Positions 27,809 through 39,659 of a stretch of 64,000 bases of DNA are shown here, piece after piece. The notes below the pieces were generated by a model. That model was not told where the DNA came from. It worked only from the letters and a program-made list of their open reading frames with translations, and did not search any database. Numbering within the stretch: position 1 is the stretch's first letter; the number at the start of each line of letters is the position of its first letter. The translations under genes were made by a program, and so were the position numbers. Source of the DNA: the human T2T-CHM13v2.0 reference genome, Homo sapiens; NCBI RefSeq assembly GCF_009914755.1, contig NC_060929.1; one strand, given 5' to 3'.

Positions 27809-28382
27809 TGACTTATGACAAAATATAATTTCATATTCTATTTGAAATCATTGTTTCTTAGTTATTGAGGCATATAATTAAATACATATAGTAACTGGAT
27901 AAACTTATTTATTCTTTCTCTGGGTCATAAAATGAAGGAATACTTTTGACAGGAAACACCATGTAAATCCATATTAAATTTAAAAATTCCTCTTCTGTTC
28001 TAAAATAATAAACCCAAATTAATACTACATGGTAGACAATCCAAAGAATTGAGCTCCAGTCTCCAAAATGGATTCGTAGGTCTTAATTAACAATAAGTAT
28101 CCACATTTAACTCTAAGTATTTCTTAACCAAAAATACAAATTATAATTTTTGTAAGTTTAATCCTATGGCCACTGCAAAATGCAGCTATTGTTCAGAGGT
28201 AGTCTTTTTGTGGTTCAAATCAGTGCAACACTTGGTAAATAAAGTGGAGTTTTGCAGCAAATGAGTGTCTATTTTTTATATTAAAACATGCAAAACAAAA
28301 CAAAAAATACCACCAAAAATGCTTTACTTTAACAAACTTGCAAAGAAGTAGGATTCACTATGTCACCACAAGGTTATATGAC

Positions 28383-29023
28383 TATATTAGTTATCTATTG
28401 CTACTATATAACAAATTATCACAAACTTAATATCTTAATATAACAAATATTTATTATCTTATAGTTCTGTAGGTTAGAAGTCTGGGTTTACTCTATTGTT
28501 TTCTCTGTTTTGTGATTCAGAAGGCTGAAATCAAGATGCTAGCTGACCTGGGTTTGTATCTGTAGTCTCTAAGGGAAAATCTGTTTCTAAGATAATTCAA
28601 GTTGTTAGAAAAATTTAGTCTTTTGTGATTGTATCGCTGAAGTCCCCATTTCCTTGCTGGCTGCCATCTCTGAGCTTCTCTCACTTCCTACGGCTGGTCT
28701 ATACCCCTCCTTACACAGTCTTCTCCATGTTCTAACCAGCAACAGTGTGTTCAATTATTCTCATGCTTTGAATCTCTCTGACTTCAGTTGCTTTTTTTTC
28801 TGCTTCCAGCTAGACCATCAATGTTCTTTGATAAAGGCTCTTGTAATAATAGTGGCTCCATATAGTGAGTCTATAAGACATTCACGCTAATATTTTTTTC
28901 TGAACATTCATAATCTTAATTATATCTATAAAGTCCTCTTTGCCATACAATGTAACATTTCACAAATTCCAGGAATTAGGCATGAGTATTCTTTGCTGGG
29001 AACAGAGATTTGACCTGACTACC
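28383..29023 (-). mobile_element. MLT1E-like LTR
   Basis: 'tatattagttatctattgct', 'atagttctgtaggttagaagtctg', 'aaggctgaaatcaag', 'gaagtccccatttccttgctggctg'. Confidence 0.8.
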
Positions 29024-29092
29024 CCAGTTATGAGTTCTATGATGTAATTTATGTCACAGGAAAATTAATGGTTCAGGATTTCATGGACAGCA

Positions 29093-29139
29093 AAAATAAA
29101 TAAATAAATAGATAAATAGATAAATAAATAAATAAAAAA
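29093..29139. repeat. (TAAA)n microsatellite with TAGA interruptions
   Basis: Read directly. Confidence 0.9.
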
Positions 29140-29444
29140 GCATTATAGTTGCCTCAGTAAAAATCCTAGGATGGGAGAAAATCTTAACATAGTATGAGTG
29201 TATAATACCTCAGTGAGTCTTCCAGAGATAAATTACATTGGTTAAATTGGGTTCCTCAAATTAATATGGCTTTCTAAGCTTTGATCCCTCGATCATTAAG
29301 TTAGAAATGCATTGCTTGGGACAACTTGAGAATTTGGAAACAATGTCTACAAAATTGGATATGCTGCGCCCGTAAACTTACTGAATGAATGCAAAAGTTT
29401 CTAGACTTGCATTTGCTTTTGAAGACTTGGTCATATGTTAAGAA

Positions 29445-30015
29445 CAGAGGATATGTGTGTGCTCAATAACAATTATCTTCTTCCTTCACCAAGGCTAACA
29501 TGGAGACAATGAATAACAAGTCCATAATTTATCCGAAAGAAAGGCAAAACATACAGCAACATAAACTGAGGGATCAGATAATTATTGATAGAACACTGAA
29601 TATATCAGACTCTTTCTACCATGAAAAGATTCGTATTTTTTTTAATTGGAGGAGGTGCTCATTTTCAATTTAGATTTTCCTTTTCTGCTGCCATGGAAAA
29701 ACATCACTGTCTGTCAGAAGAATGTGTTTTACATTCTCATGGCAACCATCAGTATAGTTCTTCTGATCCACAAATTTATAGCAAAACATTTAAAAAATAA
29801 TGATAAATACTTGTAGAATTCTCTACATTAGTATGTATTCACTATATTGAAGCAATTGGTTATTTAGGAAATTAGAACGTTCTACTAAACACTTAGGTAT
29901 GATGTAAATTGAAACCCAATAACTTTGTTTAGTGTTCTTTCCTGCAAAATATAGTACATGTTCTATACCAAAGATCAAAATGTACAACTTTTATTTTATC
30001 CATAGTCATAAAAAA
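29445..30015 (+). mobile_element. ERVL pol (integrase) remnant, heavily decayed
   Basis: Ordered similarity to ERVL IN segments: GYAWAQQ..PLTKADL ('ggatatgtgtgtgctcaataac...cttcaccaaggctaac'), DYIGPLP, HG..SIASDQ ('catggcaac...tcttctgatc'), EAAGLIERWNGLLK, LQ.AVYALNQ. Confidence 0.65.
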
Positions 30016-30437
30016 GAGATTAGAAAATAAAAATTTGTTTGTCATCTTTCATCATTACACTTAATCAGCTTCCATGAATACCTTGTTTTCTATCTGCAGA
30101 AGTCTCTTTTCTCTTATTTAGTCCCACAAAGTAGAATATTTTCGAAAAGCAAAACAGATGTACACATAAACGGAAAGCTAATCATGTAAGATAGTCATTT
30201 AGCATATTTCTGCTACTTGGAAAACCTAATATAACAGAATTTATGGTATTTACTGAATTTTAATTCTGAGAAAAAATGAATTGCTTTTGCACAATATGAC
30301 AAAAAATATTAGTGTTTAAGTCAGTGTCTTGATGAAGACTTCTTAAACTATTATAAGCAATCTATCCTGAAATAGGACTGGCACTCTCTACAAGACTATA
30401 TATGTCTAAAATCCTATAGGGGTAACTGTTTGGGTCA

Positions 30438-30902
30438 TTGTATGGGTTGTATTATGAATGACAAAGAGTTATGTCTAAATCTTAACCCCTTATATCTGTT
30501 AATGTGATGTTATTTGAATAAAGGGTATATGTACAGATGTAACTAAATGAAAGATTTCAAGAGTAGACCATCTTGGATTAATCAGGTGGGTCCCAAATCC
30601 AAAGATAAGTGTCTTGTAGGCAGAAAAGAAGAGAAACCTACAAGGATGGCTAGGCCATGTGAAGAAAGTTGCAAAAATTAGAGTTATGCAGCTGTAAGCC
30701 AAGGAACACCAAAGATTGCCATACTCAACAGAAGCCTGTAGAGATTCATGGAACAAATTCTTTCTCAGAGCCTCCAGAAGAAGTCCACTCTGCCAACAAC
30801 TTGACTTCAAGTTTGGTTTTCGAACAGTGAAAGAATACATTTATTTTATTCCATGCATCCAGTTTGTGTTGATTTAGTACATCAGGCATCAGAACTAATA
30901 GA
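30438..30902 (+). mobile_element. MLT1C-like solo LTR
   Basis: 'ggtgggtcccaaatcc', 'ggccatgtgaag', 'aagccaaggaacaccaaagattgcc', 'ctcagagcctccagaag', end 'gaactaataga'. Confidence 0.88.
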
Positions 30903-31252
30903 GTTATAAAAACTGATAATTACATCAATCTAAAATGCTATCTTCACAGAAACTGAACATTAAAATAATAGAGAATAAAAAAACAAATAAGTACTACATA
31001 GCTAATGACAAGCTGCAGGAAAAAACACTATCTTTTTTTTTCATTAATACTACCACAATCACATTTATATAAATTGTTTGAATACTCTATTCTTACTTTA
31101 GTCGCCATTATCTTATACATATGTTTTCAGGTACTTAACATTTTATTTTATTCTATATTCTTCAGATTTTTAAGGTTCAATTATTAGAGCTAAGAAGGCA
31201 AATAGATATCACATACCTATTAGACTCAGAGCTGAATGAAGTAATTTATTCA

Positions 31253-31640
<388 letters not shown>

Positions 31641-31649
31641 CTAACATAA

Positions 31650-32110
31650 ATAAAAAGGTAATAGCAGTCGAGCACATCATAACTGAAAAACATAATTGCT
31701 GAAAAACAGATAATGACAAAATCTTATTTTAAAAGTCATAGAAAAAATATACATTTTATGTAGACAAGAACAACAAAAATGACAGAATTGCAGCTCATTT
31801 GCAGAAGGCCCAAAGGATGCCAAAAAACAATGGAATGATATGCTAAACAGGTGAAAGAATAAACCAGAGCTGCCACTCTACAATTCTAAAGACAAAGTAA
31901 ATACCTTTCAAATTTCAGTGAAAAGCAAAAAAATTTTTTAATGAAATAAGATCTTTTTTTTAAAACCAGTTTATTTGTCCCTGCAGCTAAAGACAGTTCT
32001 TAAAGCTGAGCAGAAATAATTCCAGATGGAAATTCATCTGTGCAGCAAAGAATCATAGAGATTTAAATATGTGGAAAATATGACTTTTTAATATATTTTC
32101 TTAAAATAAA
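31650..32110 (+). mobile_element. Old L1 ORF1 remnant
   Basis: 'gcacatcataa', 'aattgctgaaaaac', 'aacaatggaatgatatgctaaacaggtgaaagaa'. Confidence 0.55.
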
Positions 32111-32689
32111 AAAAAGAACTGACTAAAATTTTCATTTTGCCAAAATTTTGGCAGCTGCTCAAATCCAAATCATCCACCATGTCCTCCGAAAGTGTATGGA
32201 TTGGTGGCAAGTAAAATACAATCTCATTAGTAGCATATCTTCAGCAAAACCAGAAGAAACAGAAGATTGGAAGCACAGAGTCCCCTGTAATTAGAATAAT
32301 AAACAACTATTTTCTGTAGATATATTTTTGGTGGTCTCTTTTCAAGTCTTTAGAAGAGTAACTGGGTGCAGAAATTGTACAGAAATTAAAATGCAAAGTC
32401 TAAGTGTGAACTAGTCACTCAAGAAATAGCAAGTTTACCGCATTATAAAAATGCTGAAAAAATAAAAATTTAAATCAGAGCACTGACTACAGAAAAGAGA
32501 ACAAAATTGTGGATGGGCCACAAGAAAGCAATTTGGAAAAGCAACTGTTAGGAGGAGAAGATGGTAGAAAAAAGAAGTGAAAAGGAAAAAGCTCTTTGGA
32601 ATTGAAACAGTGAACAATAACAAAGCAAGAAGAAATAATTTAAGATCCTGAAAATTAAAAGGAAAAACAATCCCTAAAATTGTCATTTT

Positions 32690-33275
32690 TTCTTAGCATT
32701 TACTCAAAAGAGTTAAAAACACATGTCCACACAAAAACCTGCACATAGATGTTTATAGCATCTTTATTCATGGTTGCGAAAACTTAGAAGCAACCAAGAT
32801 TTCCTTTGGTAGATGAATTGATAAACTGTATTACATCTAGACAATGGGATTAACCTTCAGTTTTAAAAGCAAAATGTACTATCAAGTAATTAAAAGACAT
32901 GGAGAAAACAAATGCATATTACTAAGTGAAAGAAGCCAGTCTGAAAAACTTACATATTGCACAATTCCAATTATATGACATTAAAAGACAAAATTGTAAG
33001 ACTGTATGTTACTATAATGATGGATACATGCCATTGTAAATATGCCCAAACTCACAGAATGTACACCACCGAGAGGGAACCCTAATATAAACTCTGGACT
33101 TTGGGTGACAATGAGATGTCAGTATTTACAAACGTACCACTTTGGTGAAAAATATTGATAATGAAGGAGTCTATACATGTGTAGAGGCAGGGAATATGTG
33201 GGAAATTGGTGTATCTTCTGCTCTATTTTGCTGTGAAGCTAAAACTGCCTTAGAAAGTCTGTTATTTAAAAAAAT
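32690..33275 (+). mobile_element. L1MC1/2-like 3' end
   Basis: 'atgtccacacaaaaacctgcaca', 'actaagtgaaagaagccagtctgaaaa', 'gaaccctaatataaactctggactttggg', 'ttttgctgtgaagctaaaactgc'. Confidence 0.88.
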
Positions 33276-33364
33276 CTAAAAAGGCAAATAAAAATGAAAA
33301 CGTCCCTCTATTGGCTCTAAGAAAATCTAGTCATCATAGAAATCTCACCCATTGCATCTCCAAA

Positions 33365-35235
33365 AGAAAAAGTAATATCAAAACCAAAGGCTGGTTCTTT
33401 GAAAACATCAGTAAAATTGTTAAGTCCTTATCTTAGCTAATTAAGAAATAAGAGAGAGAAGACACAGAGTACTTGATATCAGAAATGAAATAGGGGTTAT
33501 CATTTCAATATACTATAGACATTAAAAGTATAATACGTTAATACCATAAACACATTTATGTCCTCAAATTTGATAATTTAGAAGAAAAGGAACTATCTTT
33601 GACAGAAATATACTACAAAACTCACACTAGGAGAAACTGATGATCTGAATATGCCTCTATCCACTAAAGACAATGAATCAATAATGAATAGCCTTTCAAA
33701 AAAGAAAGCTCTTGGCACAGATAAGTTCATTGGTGAATTTACTGGAGAATTGTACCAATCATTTAAGGAAGAAACAATTGAAGAAATCTCAGTCTCTTCC
33801 AGAAAGTAGAAGCATAGAAAGGACTAGCTCATTCTAAGAGGCCATTGTTATTCTAATACCACACACAATCATGACCTTACAAGAAAGGAAATTTACAGAT
33901 GAATATTTTTCATTTAATAGATGCAAAAATGCTAAAAAAGAAAACTTAGAAAACCCAACAACAAGTAAAACAAGATATATACCATGACCAGTCTTTGAAA
34001 ATCAATGGTTATAATCACCACATAAACTGTCTAGAGAGGAGAAATTATGTGAGCATATCAAGTGATGGAGAAAAAAAATATTTGAATAATCCAAGACTCA
34101 TTCATGATTAAAACTCAGAATAGAAGAGAAATTTCTCAGCTTGATGAATGAGCATCTGCAAATAATATACAACTTAAATTATTCTTAATGGTGAGGAACT
34201 GGAAGCTTTCAGCATAAATGTGGAACAAAGAAAGGCTGTCCTCTTTCACTACCCCTATTCAATATTATACTAGAAGTCATAGACAGGGTAATAAAATAAG
34301 AAAAGGAAATAAATATATACAGATTGTATAGAAAGAAATGAAACTCTCTTTACTTGTTGATTACATGATTATAATGTAATAAATCCCAAAGACCAAACGA
34401 AATTTCCTGAATAAGCAAGTAGAGCAAAACAACTATACTCAGTTATAAAATAAATATTTCTAAGTCCATACTGGTATCAATAAATGGTTGAGCAAATAAA
34501 TAAATGAGGACTAAAGACAACATTTCTGTGTAGAAATATTCAAAATAGTTTATATTGACAGCAGACACTCGAGATGGTGCTCAACTTGCCACATCTTTAG
34601 TTTGAACGTTATGTAGTTACTTTCTCCAATGAGCTACGTATGAACAGAAGAATCATACAGTAACATTACAATGAAGAAATCTGATAAGTACTATCTCACT
34701 CTGGTGATCAAGTCTACATCAACAGTGATAAATTATGTTAATAATACGCATCATTATTACTATGATGAAATTTCCACTTTACCTCTATGGTCTTCCTCCC
34801 CAAACCACATAGTCCCAGTCTAATTATGAGGAAAACAACAGAAAAATCTTTACTGAGAAATACCTGAGAAGTAATAATACAAAATACCTGCTTAGCACTT
34901 CTTAAAACAGTCAAAGTCATCACAAACAAAAAAACTCTGAGAAATTGTTCCAGCCAAAAGGAATGTTTGAAAGCCAGTCTAGGAAAGCATGAGAGCTAAA
35001 TGTAATGTTTAATCCAGGATGAGATCCTAGAAAATAATTAGGCAAATCTGAAAAATGTAAGAACTTCATACATAATAATTAAACAGCATTGGTTTATCAA
35101 TTGTCACAATTATACTAAGTAAAGTTAGATTTTAATAATAAGATTAACTAGGTGTGTGATACACGAAAACATTCTGAACTGTTGTCGCAATTTTTCTGAA
35201 AATCTGAGAATGTCCTAGAACAAAAATTTTCATTC
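33365..35235 (+). mobile_element. L1MD-like element: ORF2 fragment plus 3'UTR
   Basis: ORF2 'aaaccaaaggctggttctttgaaaacatca', 'cattggtgaatttac'; 3'UTR 'ggtgatcaagtctacatcaacagtgataa', 'cacttTacctctatggtcttcctccccaaa'. Confidence 0.8.
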
Positions 35236-35245
35236 AGAAAGTATT

Positions 35246-35564
<319 letters not shown>

Positions 35565-36499
35565 TTAAGCTCTACGCTTATGAATTTTTCACTTTATGTA
35601 ATATACAACAATACTTTTTTTAAAGTATGATATAGAAACAATTGTGTTATCTTTGTGCGTGAAATTCAAGTCCCTATTTATTTTTATTTAATTCAGCAAT
35701 TCTGTGACTTCACTTGTTAATTGGACTTTTTGTACCACACGATTAAATGTTCATAGTCAGAAAAGTAATAATTCAAAATCTTGTAGATCTCTATGTCTGT
35801 AGGAGCTGTGGTATTCTTGTCCTTATTTCTTTGTGCAGGTATTAATAAGCTCACAGATAACTTCTTGTTGTTTTTTTCCGCATCTTTTGCCTCAGTCTTT
35901 CTAAATTCTCAACTTTTTCCTCACCTTTCCTTATATGTGACTTCTAATCATAAATTGTATGATATATAAATGAAATACAAAAAAACAATAAAAATCAGTG
36001 TGTTTTATAAATCTTATGAAGGATGGAAAAAGAATTCATTATCATTAATCACCTCTCTCAATTTTCCCCACTAGGCATACTTTTGATCAAATTCATTAAA
36101 CAGCTGATAAATTCATTTTATTTTTATTATTTTCTCAACAAAAACAAAATAAGTTTTAGATAATATACCTGAAAAAAATATATAAATTTTTATAAACCCA
36201 AATAGGATATTATAACTTTTTCTTATTTTTTATTTTATATAGAACATCATCAGTTGGATTGAGCAAATGTGGAAAGAGATTATTTGTGCTATGAATTCAT
36301 ATCAAGATACATCATTTTGGATTGAAATGATCTGATAAAAATTTTATAAATATGGTTAAAATTAAAATTTGTTTTGAAGAGTTTTTTGCTGGGGAAACAG
36401 ATTGTATTACATGTTGAGAACAAGAGAATGAACCATATACATAATCCCAAGTACTCTAAGCTGGTGTTTGATATAAACAAACAAATATTTATATTACAG

Positions 36500-37930
36500 T
36501 GGATAATAATTAAGATGGGAAAAGCAAAGGTGCTTTGGATATATAGGAATATGAGTGCTGAAGTCATATTTCAGTTGGTAGCATGACAATATATTTTCTG
36601 AAACAATATAAACTTATGCTGGGTCTTAAAGAATGAGTTGAAGTTAGCTAGAAAAAGGAGGAAAAAGCCTTCCAAGATAATTGAATCAAGGTCTGTAATC
36701 TGGATATGAGTTTAAGCTTCCATCAGGAAATCAAAGTAGATCTGTAGGTGGTAGAGTGAGGTGTGGGGGTTGTGGGTGGCGGGCGGGAGATAAATGCCAA
36801 ACCACAAAGGCTATCAGATGCTATATTATGTAGGGTTTTGTAAACCAGGGTAAGGCATTTACCATGAGACTTATAAAGGACAATTAAAGTTTTTATCTGG
36901 AGAGAAGTCAAAGAGAGCCCTCAGAAGATTTCGCAGAAATCTAGGTTAAACAATGAAGATAGGCAATAAGAGAATAACGGCAAAGGGAAATGTAGGAAAT
37001 TTACAGAGTTGAGAGAATATTACAGTCTAATTGGTAGTACTTAATGATTGATTAGATATGAGAATGAGGGAGAGAAATAGATTGAGTACGTCTCAATATA
37101 AACCCCCAGGTGTTTGCTTTCAATCACTAATCAGCTGATAACGTCATTTACTGAAATAAGAAAAAAAAAGGCAGAGGTGTGAGTTTTGAATGGCAAACCA
37201 AGTGCCCCATTGTGGACATGTTGTGTGTGACACGTGCATATTATACTAGTAAGTAGGTTATTGAATAATCAGGTCTCTTTTTTAAAAAAGAAAATAAGGT
37301 GAAGATAGAATTTGGGAATCATTCTTCTAGTGATGATATGTGACAGCCCTGGAGTAACAAATATTGCCTATGACTATATGCAGAATAGAAAAAGTAGAAG
37401 CACACATTCAGTTTCTGTAGAAATCAACATTTTATTTGTTCAACAAGAAAGAGGACATGGATGAGGAGGCTGAAAAAGATCATGTAAGTGAGTGGAAGGA
37501 AAATTAGGAAAGTGTAGCACCTTATATTAAAGGCAAATGACAAAATACTTCACAGTAAAAATAGTGTGGTCATGATAAGCAATGCCAATATGTTAGGTGG
37601 TCAGGTAACATGAATATATTTAAAAGTGTCCCTCAAATTTAGTAAAATAATCTCACTATAAAGGATATGAGAATTTTTTGGTATTGGGGTTTAGTATAGA
37701 ATTGAAGACAATTTAGATGTGAATAAAACGGAATTGAGTAAAGACAGTGGAATGCACAACTGTTTTAAGACAATGATCGGTATGACAGCATGTGGTAATT
37801 TGAGGAAACCACATAATAGATGAAAAGATTTCTTTACGGGAGGTGCATAACGTCAGCTTATATGCTGGTTTGGTATTAGAGAGGAAAATATTGGAAATAA
37901 ATTAACAGGGGGCAAAGAATTTCCAGATAA
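36500..37930 (-). mobile_element. L2 remnant(s)
   Basis: Antisense L2 motifs 'gctgggtcttaaagaatgagttgaagttagc', 'tgattgattagatatgaga', 'gtcatttactgaaataag', 'ttgtggacatgttg'. Confidence 0.7.
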
Positions 37931-38006
37931 GAGGCTGCGTGTCAATTTATTGGGACTTCTTTTCTGGTTAATTTACTTAACATTATATTGATTTAAACAT
38001 CTGAAC

Positions 38007-38220
38007 CAGAGCGTCTCAACCTCTGCCCTATTGACATTTTGGGCCACATTATTTATTGTAGGATGCTCTTCTGTGCATTATAGAATATCTAACACCATTC
38101 CTGACTTCTACCCCTAGATACCAATAGCATCAACTCCTCATTATGACAACCAAAAATATCTGCAGGTATTAGAAATATACCCTGAGTGGGAGCAAAGTCA
38201 TCCCTATTTAGGAACCATTG
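38007..38220 (-). mobile_element. MER20 (hAT-Charlie DNA transposon)
   Basis: 'tctcaacctctgccctattgacattttgggcc', 'ctgtgcattatagaat', 'tgacaaccaaaaatatct', 'gaaccattg'; ~215 bp. Confidence 0.88.
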
Positions 38221-38370
38221 ATTTAAGTGAAAGATTATATTTAAAAACAGGAATTCTAACAATAATTTTTATCTTTAAAATGCAGTTCTGAATATGTATT
38301 ACTTTTATTTTAATCAGTGTATAAATGGGAAAGGAAGACATACTCTCATATATATTATTTGGTAACGTTT

Positions 38371-38480
38371 TAATACTTGCATTCTAATGAAGGAAAATAT
38401 TTTTGAAAATTTACATAGTACTTTATAATACTCTCATTCTATTGAAGGAAAATATTTTTGAAAATTTACATAGTACTTTA
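38371..38480. repeat. Tandem duplication, 55 bp period, 2 copies
   Basis: 38371-38425 vs 38426-38480; 3 mismatches. Confidence 0.96.
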
Positions 38481-38576
38481 TTACAGCTTGCAACTCATTT
38501 TATAATATTTTGCAGTGTGGAAACTATGGTTATCCTCTGAGAAACCTAATTTGGGGGTTAGTGTTAAGGTTACATA

Positions 38577-38919
38577 CAGTAGTTTTCCTTATTTGCAGTG
38601 TGTCTTTCCACAGTTTCAGTTACTCATGATCAATGATTGTCTGAAAATAGGTGAGTACAGTACAATAAGATACTTTGAGAGAGAAAAAAAGAGACCACAT
38701 TCACATAACTTTTATTACAGTATATTGTTATAATTGTTCTATTTTATTGTTAGTTATTGTTAATCTCTTACTCTTCTAATTTGCAAATTAAACTTCATCA
38801 TAGATATTTATATATAGGAACAAATATAGTAATGTAGATAGGGTTTAGTACTATTCACAAGTTTAGACATCTACTGGGGATCTCAAAATCTATCCGCTAC
38901 CGATAAGAGTTAACTAGTG
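38577..38919. mobile_element. MER44A-like (TcMar-Tigger)
   Basis: 'cagtagttttccttat', 'gagtacagtacaataagatactttgagagag', 'gaccacattcacataacttttattacagtatattgttataattg'. Confidence 0.85.
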
Positions 38920-39255
38920 TTTTAGCTTTAGGAAAACAATTATGTAGGAAATGAGGCTCACCTTCTGGAATTTAATATCACCTAAATAAATGAGACTATC
39001 CAATGTACTTTGGAGGAGAAGAGATTATAATCCTTATAAACTAGTACTTTGAAAGAAATAAGAAATTCAGAGTGAGTAGGTATATGAACATTTGCAAGTG
39101 ATATTTTTCACAAAATATTTACCATGAATTTTGTCAAATGCTGCATCAAAAAATAGATATACTATGATTGAAAGGTTTATTTTAGAAAACACACAACATA
39201 AAAAAATGCTTCATTCTTGGCTCATTAGTCTCTTTTTAGCAGATTTGTTTAAATG

Positions 39256-39440
39256 AGGAGTTCTTAATCAGTTGGTGGGTAATACATTCTTCTGGCAGTC
39301 TTCTAAAGCAGGGTAAACTCCTTCTTTGAGTGCCTGTAATTATTTTAAATCCATAAAAGAAAATGTAGAGGTTTCCCAAGAAAACCAAGTATACTAAAAG
39401 ATAAATGTCAAAATGTTTAAACACGATTTGGTAATAGACG
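39256..39440. mobile_element. MER112-like hAT fragment
   Basis: 'ggagttcttaatc...ctggcagtct...ttttaaatccataaaagaaaatgtagagg...aaaaccaa'. Confidence 0.45.
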
Positions 39441-39659
39441 TCCTTCTTTCTAAATGCATTATAAACAGGATTTAGTGGCAAGTTTAATAATAACATAATT
39501 TCAAAGTCAGGATGAGCATATTTGCTATATTGACATATATAATATCTCATATGAAAATAACAGTGACTTCTATTACTCATAAGGCCAAAGGTTCTGCTAC
39601 TACTGTAATTTTTCCCCTATATTCATAAGTGAAGGAAATACTACAATTCGGTTAGCGAT

